From Methanoregula sp. (GTDB lineage Archaea; Halobacteriota; Methanomicrobia; Methanomicrobiales; Methanospirillaceae), in NCBI GenBank assembly GCA_039698055.1, contig JBDKTL010000010.1, positions 1 through 64,000 on the forward strand: a stretch of 64,000 nucleotides of DNA. Reading direction: 5' to 3'. The notes beneath the pieces were generated by a model that did no database searches, was not told where the DNA came from, and saw only the letters and a program-made list of their open reading frames with translations. Each line of letters begins with the position of its first letter. Within the stretch, counting starts at the first letter, position 1. The position numbers and the translations under genes were made by a program. This document shows, piece by piece, positions 20,611-31,154 of the stretch.

Positions 20611-20718
20611 TCGTCCCGTCCCGGTCGTGCTTTCCTGTGCAGGCAAACGCGGCGCACCTCTGATGATGGGTTTTTTAGCACGCTTGCCTATATGTAGACG
20701 GAAAACCAACACTTCTGC

Positions 20719-21924
20719 ATGTACCATCTCGTGTGCGTCCATTGCGGAACAACGTATCCGGCTGACGAGATTATCTATAATTGTAAAAAATGTGGTCACC
20801 TTCTTGCGGTACAATACCCGTTCGATGAGATCAAGGTCTCCCGCGAGACATGGAACAAGCGCCCGCTGTCCGTCTGGAGGTACCGGGAACTCTTGCCCGT
20901 GACCATTGACCCGGTTACGCTCCAGGAAGGCGGTACCCCCCTGTATCACTTAAAACGCCTCGGTGAGGGGATGGGGCTTAAAAATCTCTACGCAAAACAC
21001 GAGGGCATGAACCCGTCCGGTTCGTTCAAGGACCGGGGTATGACCGTCGGGGTTTCCATGGCGATGCAGCTCGGGAAAAAGAGCGTTGCCTGCGCGAGCA
21101 CCGGCAATACCTCTGCGAGTCTTGCGGTCTATGCGGCAAAAGCAGGGATTCCTGCTGTCGTGCTGCTGCCCGCAGGAAAAGTCGCGGTCGGAAAAGTTGC
21201 ACAGGCATTGATACATGGCGCAAAAGTTATCTCCATCCGGGGAAATTTCGACCGGGCTCTTGAGATGGTCCACGAACTCTGTCTCACCCACGGCCTGTAC
21301 CTGTTAAACTCCATCAACCCTTACCGGCTGGAAGGCCAGAAGACGATCGGGTTTGAGGCGATCGACCAGCTCGGGGATGTGCCCGAACGAATCGTCCTGC
21401 CGGTCGGAAATGCAGGGAATATCTCGGCGGTCTACAAGGGACTTCTTGAACTCGAAGCCCTTGGGTTTATCGACCGGCTGCCGATGATGACCGGCATCCA
21501 GGCCGCGGGGTCGGCACCGATTGTCAGGGCAATCCATGACAACCTGCCGGTCGTTATCCCCGAAGAGAACCCGGAGACGGTCGCAACGGCGATCCGCATC
21601 GGTGCGCCCGTGAATGCAGAAAAAGCACTGGTCGCGATCCGGAAGACAGGCGGATTAGCGGAGACCGTCACCGACGATGAGATCCTGCAGATGCAGCGGG
21701 ATCTGGCACGCAAGGAAGGTATTGGTGTCGAACCGGCATCGGCAGCATCGGTTGCCGGTATACGCAAACTGGTGGAAATGGGCCTGATTGACCGGGATGA
21801 ACGGATTGTCTGCGTGGTGACCGGGCACCTCTTAAAAGATCCGGATACGGTGATTAAACAATGCGAACCTCCGACAGAGATCGATGCAGATCTGCCATCG
21901 CTGCTCTCTGCGCTGCACTTGTAA
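20719..21924 (+). CDS. thrC: Threonine synthase
   Basis: N-terminal CxxC pairs, NPSGSFKDRG, ASTGNTSAS, PVGNAGN, EPASA. Confidence 0.95.
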   Translation: MYHLVCVHCGTTYPADEIIYNCKKCGHLLAVQYPFDEIKVSRETWNKRPLSVWRYRELLPVTIDPVTLQEGGTPLYHLKRLGEGMGLKNLYAKHEGMNPSGSFKDRGMTVGVSMAMQLGKKSVACASTGNTSASLAVYAAKAGIPAVVLLPAGKVAVGKVAQALIHGAKVISIRGNFDRALEMVHELCLTHGLYLLNSINPYRLEGQKTIGFEAIDQLGDVPERIVLPVGNAGNISAVYKGLLELEALGFIDRLPMMTGIQAAGSAPIVRAIHDNLPVVIPEENPETVATAIRIGAPVNAEKALVAIRKTGGLAETVTDDEILQMQRDLARKEGIGVEPASAASVAGIRKLVEMGLIDRDERIVCVVTGHLLKDPDTVIKQCEPPTEIDADLPSLLSALHL

Positions 21925-22493
21925 TTGTGCTGATCGTGCCTCTGGCCGGGGCATTATCAGCGGATTACCAGGTTTTCCCGAATGGTACCGCGTACACCGC
22001 ATCCCTGGATATTACCGATGTGTCCCGGTATGAATTTTCAGATGTCGGTATGCTGGGAGAAAACGTGCCGTTAGCCGTAGACGGCGTCCGGTTGTTTGCC
22101 CGTAACGGTTCGGAGATCCCGTTCAACCGGACCACGAGCTGGAGCAGCCCCTCCACCATCACGTTTGACAAGGGCAATTATACCGTGACGTACATCGCGC
22201 CGCTCCGGGACAATCACCTGCAGGGCGCCTTTGACAAGCCCTACAACGTGAGCGTGCGGTTGCCTGCAGAGTTTGATGTCCGAAACCCGCTGCTTGCCAG
22301 CATGAGTTTAGGTGCAAATGTCACTCATCGGTCCGACAATACCACGTATCTTGTATGGAACAAGACTGCTTCATTTGATCTCCGGTTTTACGACCATAAC
22401 CGGGAGTCCCTGCTCTTTATGTTCGGAGAGTTCTGGCTCATCATCGCAGTTGTGCTGCTGATCCCGTTCCTGATGATACAAAAGCGGCAGTAA
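21861..22493 (+). CDS. Membrane-anchored exported protein (DUF5803-like)
   Basis: Signal peptide, DVRNPLL, C-terminal TM; start overlaps the thrC end. Confidence 0.72.
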   Translation: MRTSDRDRCRSAIAALCAALVIVLIVPLAGALSADYQVFPNGTAYTASLDITDVSRYEFSDVGMLGENVPLAVDGVRLFARNGSEIPFNRTTSWSSPSTITFDKGNYTVTYIAPLRDNHLQGAFDKPYNVSVRLPAEFDVRNPLLASMSLGANVTHRSDNTTYLVWNKTASFDLRFYDHNRESLLFMFGEFWLIIAVVLLIPFLMIQKRQ

Positions 22494-22675
22494 GGCATGT
22501 TCCCTTTTTTTAAAAAAATTGTCCCTGTTTTTTGATCACGCTACCGGAATGGCAAACCCATGCCAGCACGGGGAACTATCTTTGAAATAACAAAAGGGGG
22601 GATGTACCCCAATTACTGTCAGCCTTCCGCTCCAAATGGCAAAGTATAACCGAGTGGATTACCCTTTTCCGGAAT

Positions 22676-22951
22676 ATGGAGCGGATCACGGCGATTGCAA
22701 AAGGGCGGGTACAAGGTGTGGGGTACCGCCATTTCGTCACCGGATGCGCTCACCGCACAGGTGTCCACGGGTTTGTGCGGAACCTGCCGGATGGCACGGT
22801 ACATATTGTTGCCGAGAGTTCCCTGGCATCCCTTGATGAGTTTGTGCGGTTGATCCGGGCGACGGGGGACTCCATGATCCGGGTTGAGGAACTGATGGTG
22901 ACCCCGGGCAAGGCAAGCGAGGAGTTCAAGGGGTTCTGGGTGGAGTGGTAA
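22676..22951 (+). CDS. acyP: Acylphosphatase
   Basis: GRVQGVGYR and GFVRNLPDGTV motifs. Confidence 0.92.
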   Translation: MERITAIAKGRVQGVGYRHFVTGCAHRTGVHGFVRNLPDGTVHIVAESSLASLDEFVRLIRATGDSMIRVEELMVTPGKASEEFKGFWVEW

Positions 22952-23158
22952 TACCAGAGGCTTTTTCGCACATCGTACTTTTTTCCTCCACCGTTTGAGC
23001 GTTATCCACTCGTTTCTTAATAATCATCAGAAAGGTGATGCTCTCAAACATAATGGGGGATCACTCTCGTAATTATTGGAGAGATTTAGTAAATAACAGG
23101 AAAAAAAATCTGGCAGGTACTATCCCAGTTCTGCTGATTGCCTAAAGGGATTACACCC

Positions 23159-24169
23159 TCACTTCAGTTCAAGCGTTTTCTGCGGGTACTTCAGGTGTTT
23201 TTTTGCCGCCGGGGTAACTTCGCGTCCCTGCGGTGTTCGCTTGAGAAAACCGATCTGGATAAGGTAGGGTTCATACACGTCCTCAATCGTCCGCACTTCT
23301 TCACCGACCGAGATCGCAATTGTCTTTGCACCCACGGGGCCGCCATCAAAGTCCTTTGCGATGACCGAAAGGATGCGCCGGTCCAGTTCGTCAAGGCCAA
23401 GTTCATCGATCTGCATCATCGCAAGCGCAGTTCCGGTAATCTCGCGGGTGATTGTTCCGTCGCCTTTCACAATCGCAAAATCCCGCACCCGGCGCAGCAG
23501 CCGGTTCACAATACGCGGGGTGCCCCGGCTCCGTTTTGCGATTTCCTCTGCGCCTTCGGGCGTGATCGGGATCTTCAGGATGGATGCGCTTCGCGTGACA
23601 ATCTGCACGAGCTCGGGGGGAGCATACAGGTCAAGACGGGAGATAATGCCGAACCGGTCCCGGAACGGTGCGCCCAGCAATCCCTGTTTTGTCGTCGCTC
23701 CGATCAGCGTAAACTGCTCGAGGTTCAGTTTGATCGAGCGGGCGCTTGGGCCTTCACCAATCATCACATCGATGAAAAAATCCTCCATCGCCGGGTAGAG
23801 CACCTCCTCAACCACCGGGTTGATCCGGTGGATCTCATCGATGAACAGGATATCGCCTTTCTTTAACGGGGTGAGCAGCGCTGCTATATCCCCGGGCTTC
23901 TCAAGCACCGGGCCGGTTGTTGCCCGGATATCCGCTCCCATTTCATGCGCAATGATATGGGCAAGCGTCGTCTTCCCAAGACCCGGCGGGCCGGAGAACA
24001 GGACATGGTCAAGGGGTTCGCCGCGTTTCTGTGCCGACTCAATCGCAATATTTAACGATTCCTTGACTTGCTGCTGCCCGACAAATTCACCCATCCGCAC
24101 CGGCCGGATGCTTAAATCGTCCCCATCCTCTGCCGGTAAAGACTCTGGTGAAATTATCCGTTCGCTCAT
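23159..24169 (-). CDS. ruvB: Holliday junction branch migration helicase RuvB
   Basis: [41 protein letters not shown]. Confidence 0.97.
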   Translation of the reverse strand: MSERIISPESLPAEDGDDLSIRPVRMGEFVGQQQVKESLNIAIESAQKRGEPLDHVLFSGPPGLGKTTLAHIIAHEMGADIRATTGPVLEKPGDIAALLTPLKKGDILFIDEIHRINPVVEEVLYPAMEDFFIDVMIGEGPSARSIKLNLEQFTLIGATTKQGLLGAPFRDRFGIISRLDLYAPPELVQIVTRSASILKIPITPEGAEEIAKRSRGTPRIVNRLLRRVRDFAIVKGDGTITREITGTALAMMQIDELGLDELDRRILSVIAKDFDGGPVGAKTIAISVGEEVRTIEDVYEPYLIQIGFLKRTPQGREVTPAAKKHLKYPQKTLELK

Positions 24170-24174
24170 GGCGC

Positions 24175-24771
24175 TTACCGCTCCTTCAGCCGTACAAGCG
24201 CTGCCTTGATCAGGTCCTGCACCGTCGGCGATTTTCGTGCGGACGCCGACGCAATAACCGCATCCCGGGATTCTTTTTCTGCAAACCCAAGCGAGATAAG
24301 CGCGCTGACTGCGTCATGAACCACCGGGCCGCCCTGGCTGGCATCGCCCATGACCATAGTCTCGCTGACCTTCTTCATCTTGTCCAGGAGTTCAAGGATC
24401 AGCCGCTTGGCACTCTTTGCCCCGATGCCGGAAATCCGGGTCAGCGCTTTCTCGTCCTCGTTTAAGATTGCCATCGCAAACTCTTCAAGGCCAATCTGGG
24501 AGAGCAGGTTCATCGCAGTCTGCGGGCCAATGCCCGAGACACCAATGAGGCATTTGAACATCTCCAGTTCGCTCCGGTGCATAAACCCGTACAGGGTGAT
24601 CGCATCCTCCCGGACTGCCATATACGTGAAGACTTTGACTTTCTCTTTGGTGTGCGCCAGCAGCAGGAGCGCCGGCTGGGTGACCTGAACCTGGTACCCG
24701 ATGCCCCCGACATCAATAACCACCCATTTGTCACCGATGAGAACCGGTTCACCATGGAGATGTGCGATCAT
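24175..24771 (-). CDS. ruvA: Holliday junction binding protein RuvA
   Basis: [35 protein letters not shown]. Confidence 0.95.
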   Translation of the reverse strand: MIAHLHGEPVLIGDKWVVIDVGGIGYQVQVTQPALLLLAHTKEKVKVFTYMAVREDAITLYGFMHRSELEMFKCLIGVSGIGPQTAMNLLSQIGLEEFAMAILNEDEKALTRISGIGAKSAKRLILELLDKMKKVSETMVMGDASQGGPVVHDAVSALISLGFAEKESRDAVIASASARKSPTVQDLIKAALVRLKER

Positions 24772-24776
24772 GCTTA

Positions 24777-25250
24777 CTACCTCATAATATGGATATGACA
24801 TAAGGCAATCGAAAGTGCATCCGCCGCGTCATCGGGTTTGGGGATCTCATCAAGCCGGAGGAGGCGCTTGATCATTTCCTGCACCTGGCGCTTGTCCGCC
24901 CGGCCCGAACCCGTGATTGCCTGTTTTACCTGGTTTGGCGTGTACTCCGCAATCGGGATATGCCGCTGTTCTGCGGCGAGCAGGACAACTCCCCGCACTT
25001 CACTCACACCCATAGCCGAAGTAATGTTCTTTGAGAAGAATAATTTTTCAACCGAGATCTGGGCTGGCTGGTATTTTTCAAACATGGCTTCGATTTCAGT
25101 ATATATCCGGACCAGCCGCTCGGAAGCCCGCATATCCTTGCCGGACGTTTCAATACAGCCATAACACACCGGCCGGAGTTCTCCCCGGGTTACCTCAATA
25201 ACCCCGTATCCCAGCCGGGCAAGGCCGGGATCGATCCCGATAACAATCAT
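24777..25250 (-). CDS. ruvC: Crossover junction endodeoxyribonuclease RuvC
   Basis: IGIDPGL, EKLFF, EYTPNQVK, PDDAADAL. Confidence 0.96.
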   Translation of the reverse strand: MIVIGIDPGLARLGYGVIEVTRGELRPVCYGCIETSGKDMRASERLVRIYTEIEAMFEKYQPAQISVEKLFFSKNITSAMGVSEVRGVVLLAAEQRHIPIAEYTPNQVKQAITGSGRADKRQVQEMIKRLLRLDEIPKPDDAADALSIALCHIHIMR

Positions 25251-25570
25251 GTGTGCAGGCGCTCCTGATCAGATATGATCGCTCCAGTAATATACTGCGA
25301 ACGGTTTGCGGTGCGAAAGTGAACGAACGGGTTGTGGACAAGGGGCCAGCCCACCACAAAAATTCATGGTGAATGCCGGAGCGGTTGAGCGTCCGCACAC
25401 AAGGGACAGATCGCCGGGATTTATCGTTAACGCTCTGTGAATAATTTCCCCGTGCACGATGAGAGAAAAAAAATATTTTTCATTATTGTATTCTGGATAC
25501 AGGAAAAATCCACATCCAGGAGAAAACTGCGACAACCGGATAAGAAAACAATTAAAAAAATATTTTAAAA

Positions 25571-26518
25571 TTACTTCATCAGGCCAAACGACTTCAGAAC
25601 CACATCAGCGTTAACTGCACCAACGTGATACACAACACCTTCAGAGGTTTCGTTGATGATCACTTCTGCCGGTGAGAAGAGCGACGTATCGATCTTGTAG
25701 AAATCGTAGCCGGCTTCCTTGAATATGTCATTGAACGGCTTGCCGTATCCCTTGGACTTGTTGCTCGGGATCCTGTCGAGGTAGTCCTTGATCTCGGGAG
25801 CGTTCATCGTCAGGGTGATGCGCCCGTAATAGATCGTGGCGTCATTTGTCACACCCATTGCCATCTTCGGCCCCCGTACCGGCGGGATTGGTGCCGAACC
25901 CATCGCCGCATTGATCTTGCGGGTGTCAAAGCCCAGTTCGTTTAACTTGTAGATCGCGGTTTCAACACATCGTCCGGAAACCTGGATCGAGCCCACCATT
26001 GAGGACGTCGGCGCGACAACCGCACAGACATTGGCAACATCGATATGGCATTCCTGGGCGATCTTCTCCATCACTTCGCCATTGGGGAGGTGGTCGCTCT
26101 CAAGACAGATGACCGCACAGTCATAGTCATCCTCGTAATCGATCACTTCGTAGGTGTGCTTCGGCTTGAGGGAAAGCGCCCGGGCCGGGCCGCTGCCCAT
26201 CGCAAAGTAGTTCCCTACCTTGACCGTCCAGCCGGCTTTCTGTGCGCCAAGACATGAGATTGACGGGAAATCCGTGTTCACATCGATGAAGGGCATCGGG
26301 ATATCCTTAATGTGCCCGTTGCGGAAGTTGACCTCCCCAAGACCGCCCATGCAGATCTCGGTAAATGCCCTGCCTGCCGCATACCCACCCCGGGTGCTCA
26401 CACCACAATCGACAATACGTGCGCCATTGTCCAGTTCATGGTAGGCGGCATTGAATTCCTCTGCCAGATCGGCCAGATTGTCAAAAATCTCCAGTGCCAG
26501 TTCGTTAACACTTAACAT
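25571..26518 (-). CDS. mch: Methenyltetrahydromethanopterin cyclohydrolase
   Basis: MLSVNE, QKAGW, MGSGPARAL, GSIQVSGR, MGVTND, FYKID. Confidence 0.96.
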   Translation of the reverse strand: MLSVNELALEIFDNLADLAEEFNAAYHELDNGARIVDCGVSTRGGYAAGRAFTEICMGGLGEVNFRNGHIKDIPMPFIDVNTDFPSISCLGAQKAGWTVKVGNYFAMGSGPARALSLKPKHTYEVIDYEDDYDCAVICLESDHLPNGEVMEKIAQECHIDVANVCAVVAPTSSMVGSIQVSGRCVETAIYKLNELGFDTRKINAAMGSAPIPPVRGPKMAMGVTNDATIYYGRITLTMNAPEIKDYLDRIPSNKSKGYGKPFNDIFKEAGYDFYKIDTSLFSPAEVIINETSEGVVYHVGAVNADVVLKSFGLMK

Positions 26519-26601
26519 TATAAATTACCCCTGCATTATTAGAGAGGATCTGGGAATAGATAATATTTTTCAAACGCTGGCGACGTAAAGGAGACTTTAC
26601 A

Positions 26602-27726
26602 TCATGCCAGGTACTCAAGCACTTTCTCCGGCTCGTATCGCAGGGTAATCACCCGGGTCCTTCCCTTGCCGTCCCGGTACTGGAGGTTCACGAGACGCAT
26701 CGCGTCCATCTTTTTGATGATCTCGTAGAACCGGGTATACCCGATACCCACCTGTTCGTGCAGGGACTTGTACACTTCTCCTGCGTTCATCTCCTTTTCC
26801 TGCACGCTGATGCCGGCAAGGGTTTTGAGGATCTGCCGTTCCTCATCCTTGAGGGTCTTGACCGTATACGCGAGGTGGAGGTACCGGGATACTTCATACG
26901 CGCCGCAGATATCTGCACGGGTGATGCTCTTTCGTGCGTCACGCTCGGCGCTGAGTGCCGCCCGCTTCAGGAGGTCGATACCGACCCGGAGATCCCCGCT
27001 GTTCTGGGTCTGTTCCACGACAAGGTTCAGCATCTCATCGCTTAACACACCCGTATAGAACCCCTGCATCGCCCGGGCTTTCATAATCTCGTGCACCTCT
27101 TCATTCCCGTACGGGGCAAAATAGATCTCGGTGGGGCGGAACACCGACGCCACCCGTGCATCAACTACCTGCGAGAGGTCGACATCCATATCGCTGATGA
27201 TCACAATCACCCCGATACGGGTCCCTTCGTACGATTCATGGGAGCGCAGGAGCGTGTAGAGCACTTTGTTGATCTCGTTTTCATAGAGGAGATAGTTGGC
27301 ATCGTCGAGCGCCACGAGCAGCACTATTTCATCTTTGACAAGAATACGGGCAACGGCGTCAAAGACCTGCTTGAACGAGGTGCCGGATGCCGGGGGCAGG
27401 TGCCCGGAGAGTTTTTTATAGATCTGGGAGAGGATGGCAAACTTCGTGTTGTCGATCTGGCAGTTGATATAAACGGGAACGAGTTTTTTGGTGGATTCCT
27501 CGATCTCCGAGAAAAGTTTCCTGATACTGGTGGTCTTTCCCGTGCCCGGCAGCCCTTTGCAGATCGTGTTCATCGGCCTGCCGCCGCGAATCCCGGGCCG
27601 GATCTGGAATGCCAGTTCCCGCATCTGCGTATCACGGAACTCGAACTGCTCGGGAACGTAATCGATCTCCAGCACTTCCGGGTCCCGGAAAAGCGTCTCG
27701 TCCCACATCAGCAGGTTCTTTTTCAT
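26602..27726 (-). CDS. cdc6: Orc1/Cdc6-type replication initiation protein
   Basis: DYVPEQF..RD, GLPGTGKT Walker A, YINC, SGDLRVG, C-terminal wHTH ending GRTR. Confidence 0.9.
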   Translation of the reverse strand: MKKNLLMWDETLFRDPEVLEIDYVPEQFEFRDTQMRELAFQIRPGIRGGRPMNTICKGLPGTGKTTSIRKLFSEIEESTKKLVPVYINCQIDNTKFAILSQIYKKLSGHLPPASGTSFKQVFDAVARILVKDEIVLLVALDDANYLLYENEINKVLYTLLRSHESYEGTRIGVIVIISDMDVDLSQVVDARVASVFRPTEIYFAPYGNEEVHEIMKARAMQGFYTGVLSDEMLNLVVEQTQNSGDLRVGIDLLKRAALSAERDARKSITRADICGAYEVSRYLHLAYTVKTLKDEERQILKTLAGISVQEKEMNAGEVYKSLHEQVGIGYTRFYEIIKKMDAMRLVNLQYRDGKGRTRVITLRYEPEKVLEYLA

Positions 27727-27890
27727 CTCATTACACCTCTACGCGATGGATTATAACAGCATCTGAAATGATTGCCGGGCATTTTTCCTGACAGGGCTCT
27801 GTACGGGGAATACATCTCCATCATCATTTTTCTATTTTTTTTTTTAGCGATGCACCTGGTAAAACGATTCCTTCACCCAACCGGTGTCGT

Positions 27891-28853
27891 CTACCGGGAT
27901 CTCCGGGCATTATTCATCACGGTGCCGATGGTGTCATGGGGATCAGACATCATTGACTCGTACCGCTCCGAGGCGCTGGTCACACGGGATTCTCGTGGAT
28001 CAGTCTTGTTACTCGCTGGTGACGGGCCCTGTGCGCCGGAACTTTTCTCTTTGCGGACAGGAAAACCTAGTTGCGCCCTGACGTTCCCCTCATTATTCAT
28101 CGTTTTTACAGCATGAGTTTTTGAAAATGTGTTCCGTTCAGGGGGAGCATGGTTCTTCAGCGACTGCGAAATACCGGTAAATACTTCAAGGGCGCTCTTC
28201 CCGGAGTGGTTCCTGGTCTTAATGTTCCGGAGTTCGTCCCGTGAAAACACCTCCCTGACCGCGTCGAGGTCAGATTTACCCAGGTCGGTCAGGCTCAGGA
28301 TCGAAAAGATTGCCGGGATACCACGGCTGTCATAGACACAGAAGAGCAGCCGACCCGCCCGTCTGATAAGCGCCGGTCTCACTTTCTTGTCACATGCGTC
28401 CACAAGAAGGTGAATCGCGGTCGTGCCGTTGTGCTCAACGCCGGCAAGGTCCGCAAGGTCCGCTATCATTATCAGCGCTGCCCGATCAATGTTCCCTCCC
28501 TTTTTTATCACGTTCAGTACAAATGCGCCCCCGCCTGAGCAATCCACTTTGATAAACCCGCCCAGCATACGCTCATTATCCTTGCCCAGCCTGTGCTGTC
28601 CGCCCTTCATTTCGTCCACAAGTTCCTCAGCGGACAAAAACATATCAGAGAAAAGCGTCCCCCATGCATCCGACAGCTGGTTAATCTTCTGCTGACTGGA
28701 CCCCGTCTTTATGGAAGATGCAAAGAGGCCCAGCAGCTGCTCCGATCCACAGGTCTCGAGTCTCGACATTTCGGCATTTGGAGGGGGCGTCCGGAGCATT
28801 TTTTTAATTAACACCTTTGGTAATTTTTCTACGAAGGGAAGGATTTGTTGCAA
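27891..28853 (-). CDS. Hypothetical protein with degenerate ankyrin-like repeats
   Basis: GTTAIHLL, GIPAIFSI and GKSALEVF at roughly 35-40 aa spacing. Confidence 0.55.
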   Translation of the reverse strand: MQQILPFVEKLPKVLIKKMLRTPPPNAEMSRLETCGSEQLLGLFASSIKTGSSQQKINQLSDAWGTLFSDMFLSAEELVDEMKGGQHRLGKDNERMLGGFIKVDCSGGGAFVLNVIKKGGNIDRAALIMIADLADLAGVEHNGTTAIHLLVDACDKKVRPALIRRAGRLLFCVYDSRGIPAIFSILSLTDLGKSDLDAVREVFSRDELRNIKTRNHSGKSALEVFTGISQSLKNHAPPERNTFSKTHAVKTMNNEGNVRAQLGFPVRKEKSSGAQGPSPASNKTDPRESRVTSASERYESMMSDPHDTIGTVMNNARRSR

Positions 28854-29018
28854 AGCTTGTATTCAACGCGATGTTTTCCTTTTTTTTTACGAACAAAAGA
28901 GATATTTTGTAAATTGACATATATAGTTGCTTAAACAAATATAGTATAAAATTGCGGCAGATGATGAAAGTTACCCCCACTGAAAACGTGATGAAGCAGG
29001 GGACTGATGCCGCTTTGC

Positions 29019-30170
29019 TCAGCTAAACAAAAACGAGAGAAAGTCTGTCGCTTTTTTTATCCCGAACATCCCTGACCGTGCCTCGCGTTCAGAAAAATGC
29101 GTGGATGCGTCCTTTCCTTTTCCCACGATAACAAACGGCACCGGTTCTCGGGAATGCGTTTTGATCCGGATCGGTGTCGGGTGATCGGGCAGCACCGCAA
29201 TCACGCCGTCAAATTTGTCCCGGATCATGCCCACGACACGATCCACTCCTTCAATTGCCCGCACTTTCTCTTCCACGCTGCCAAGATGTCCCGCCTCGTC
29301 CGGCGCTTCGATGTGGATATAGATGAAATCGAGATGCTCAATAGCGGCAAGAGCATACCGGGCTTTCGCCGCATAATCGGTATCGAGATACCCGGTTGCA
29401 CCGGGCACCGTGATGATCTCCATTTTTGCGCACCGGGCTATCCCGTTGAGCAGGTCGACCGCGGAGATCATGCCGCCTTTCTTATGATATTTTTCCGAAA
29501 ACGTGGGAAATGCCGGGCGTTTGCCACCGCTCCACGGCCAGATCTGGGTCGCAGGGGGATTTCCTGCGTTTACCCGCGCCATGTTGACCGGGTGATCCCG
29601 GAAGACCTCGCGGCTTTTTGCCATGCAGTCCAGCAGGAGCGGGGCATCCCCGTTCTTTGGCACAAATCCTGCAATGGGCTGGCCGACAATATCGTGCGGG
29701 GGCGTTGATTCTGCACCCGCACCGTGGGGCACCACCAGCAGGTTCCGGTAACTGACACCGGGTCGTATGGCAACCTTTGGCAGGTGCGGGGCAAGGGAAC
29801 TAAAGAGCGCCGCTCCTTCCGAACTGGAGATATGCCCGGCAGAAAAATCAGCCATGATCTCATCGCGCACCGTCACGATATTGCAGCGATAGGCAACATC
29901 TGTCGGAGACAGATCTATACCCATGCTCATCGATTCGAGCGGACCTCTCCCGGTATAGTATTTTTCCGGCGCATACCCGAGAATGGACATGTTGGCAATA
30001 TCGCTGCCGGCCTCAAAGTTGTCAGGGATCGTGTGCAGAATCCCGCACGCACCTTCCTGTGCCATCCGGTCCATGTTCGGGGTCTTTGCAAATTCAAGCG
30101 GGGTCTTTCCCCCGAGTTCGGGGATGGGCTCGTCAGCCATCCCGTCTCCAAGAACAACGATATATTTCAT
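29019..30170 (-). CDS. apgM: Cofactor-independent phosphoglycerate mutase (archaeal type)
   Basis: LGDGMAD, GSDIAN, GRGPLE, APDEAGH, PDHPTP. Confidence 0.93.
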   Translation of the reverse strand: MKYIVVLGDGMADEPIPELGGKTPLEFAKTPNMDRMAQEGACGILHTIPDNFEAGSDIANMSILGYAPEKYYTGRGPLESMSMGIDLSPTDVAYRCNIVTVRDEIMADFSAGHISSSEGAALFSSLAPHLPKVAIRPGVSYRNLLVVPHGAGAESTPPHDIVGQPIAGFVPKNGDAPLLLDCMAKSREVFRDHPVNMARVNAGNPPATQIWPWSGGKRPAFPTFSEKYHKKGGMISAVDLLNGIARCAKMEIITVPGATGYLDTDYAAKARYALAAIEHLDFIYIHIEAPDEAGHLGSVEEKVRAIEGVDRVVGMIRDKFDGVIAVLPDHPTPIRIKTHSREPVPFVIVGKGKDASTHFSEREARSGMFGIKKATDFLSFLFS

Positions 30171-30179
30171 AAAAACCGC

Positions 30180-31115
30180 TCACCGCTCTTCGAGCATTGC
30201 CCTGACAGCGATCCTGACGCTTTCCTTTGAACCAAGCTGCGGTTTCCAGCGCAGCGCCTTGATCTTGTCGACAGCGAGCTGCATCTTTGGCACATCACCG
30301 ACCCACCCGCGTTCGCCGCCGGTGAACCTGAATTTCGTGTCGGGCAGGTGCATCTCTTCGGTCACAATCTCCGCGATGCTTTTTACATCGATCCAGTCCT
30401 CGGACCCGATATTGAACGTATTGACCCTGCCCCGGGCATGGCCGACAGCAAAGAGCATTGCCGCCACGCACTCGTGCACCTCAAGGTAGGATTTTGATTG
30501 TTTCCCGTCGCCAAGGATCTCCAGCTCGGCAGGGTTCTTCTCAAGTTTATGGATAAAATCGGTGATCACGCCATGCCCGCTCCGCGAGCCGATGATATTG
30601 GCAAACCGGAACATCCACGCGCTCATATCAAACGAGTGGCAGTACGCGGAGATCAGCGCCTCGCAGGCAAGTTTGCTTGCCCCGTACACGGAAATGGGTT
30701 CAAGCGGCGTATAACTCTCGGGCGTCGGGATGACCGTGGCGTCGCCATAGACGGTCGAAGTCGAGGTGAACACCAGTTCGGGAACTTTGTGGAGGCGCAT
30801 TGCTTCCAGCACCCGGTATGTCGCCATGATATTGTTCTGCATCGTCGGGTCCGGGTTGACCGCGCTCTGCCGGACATCGGGGTCTGCGGCAAGATGGAAG
30901 AGCCGGTCGGCCCCGTCAATGGCGTCCTGCCACCCGTCGCCCAGCAGGTCGGCCTGCACGAACCGGATATCGCAGGATTTAATGTGCCGGGCAATAGTCT
31001 CCCTGCGCCCGGCGCAGAGCGAATCAATAACCACGACCTCGTTCCCCTGGGCAACGAGAGTATCAACCAGGTGTGAGCCGATGAACCCGGCACCACCCGT
31101 TACGACATCAAACAT
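30180..31115 (-). CDS. NAD-dependent epimerase/dehydratase (GalE-like)
   Basis: TGGAGFIG, STSTVYG, YGASK. Confidence 0.92.
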   Translation of the reverse strand: MFDVVTGGAGFIGSHLVDTLVAQGNEVVVIDSLCAGRRETIARHIKSCDIRFVQADLLGDGWQDAIDGADRLFHLAADPDVRQSAVNPDPTMQNNIMATYRVLEAMRLHKVPELVFTSTSTVYGDATVIPTPESYTPLEPISVYGASKLACEALISAYCHSFDMSAWMFRFANIIGSRSGHGVITDFIHKLEKNPAELEILGDGKQSKSYLEVHECVAAMLFAVGHARGRVNTFNIGSEDWIDVKSIAEIVTEEMHLPDTKFRFTGGERGWVGDVPKMQLAVDKIKALRWKPQLGSKESVRIAVRAMLEER

Positions 31116-31154
31116 CACTACCTAATATGTTATCCATGCTATAGGATTACTGCT

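Noticed and set aside
25251-27890. Possible replication origin next to orc1/cdc6
   Set aside because: No ORB-like repeats (TCCA...GAAAC with G-string) seen in the flanking intergenic regions.
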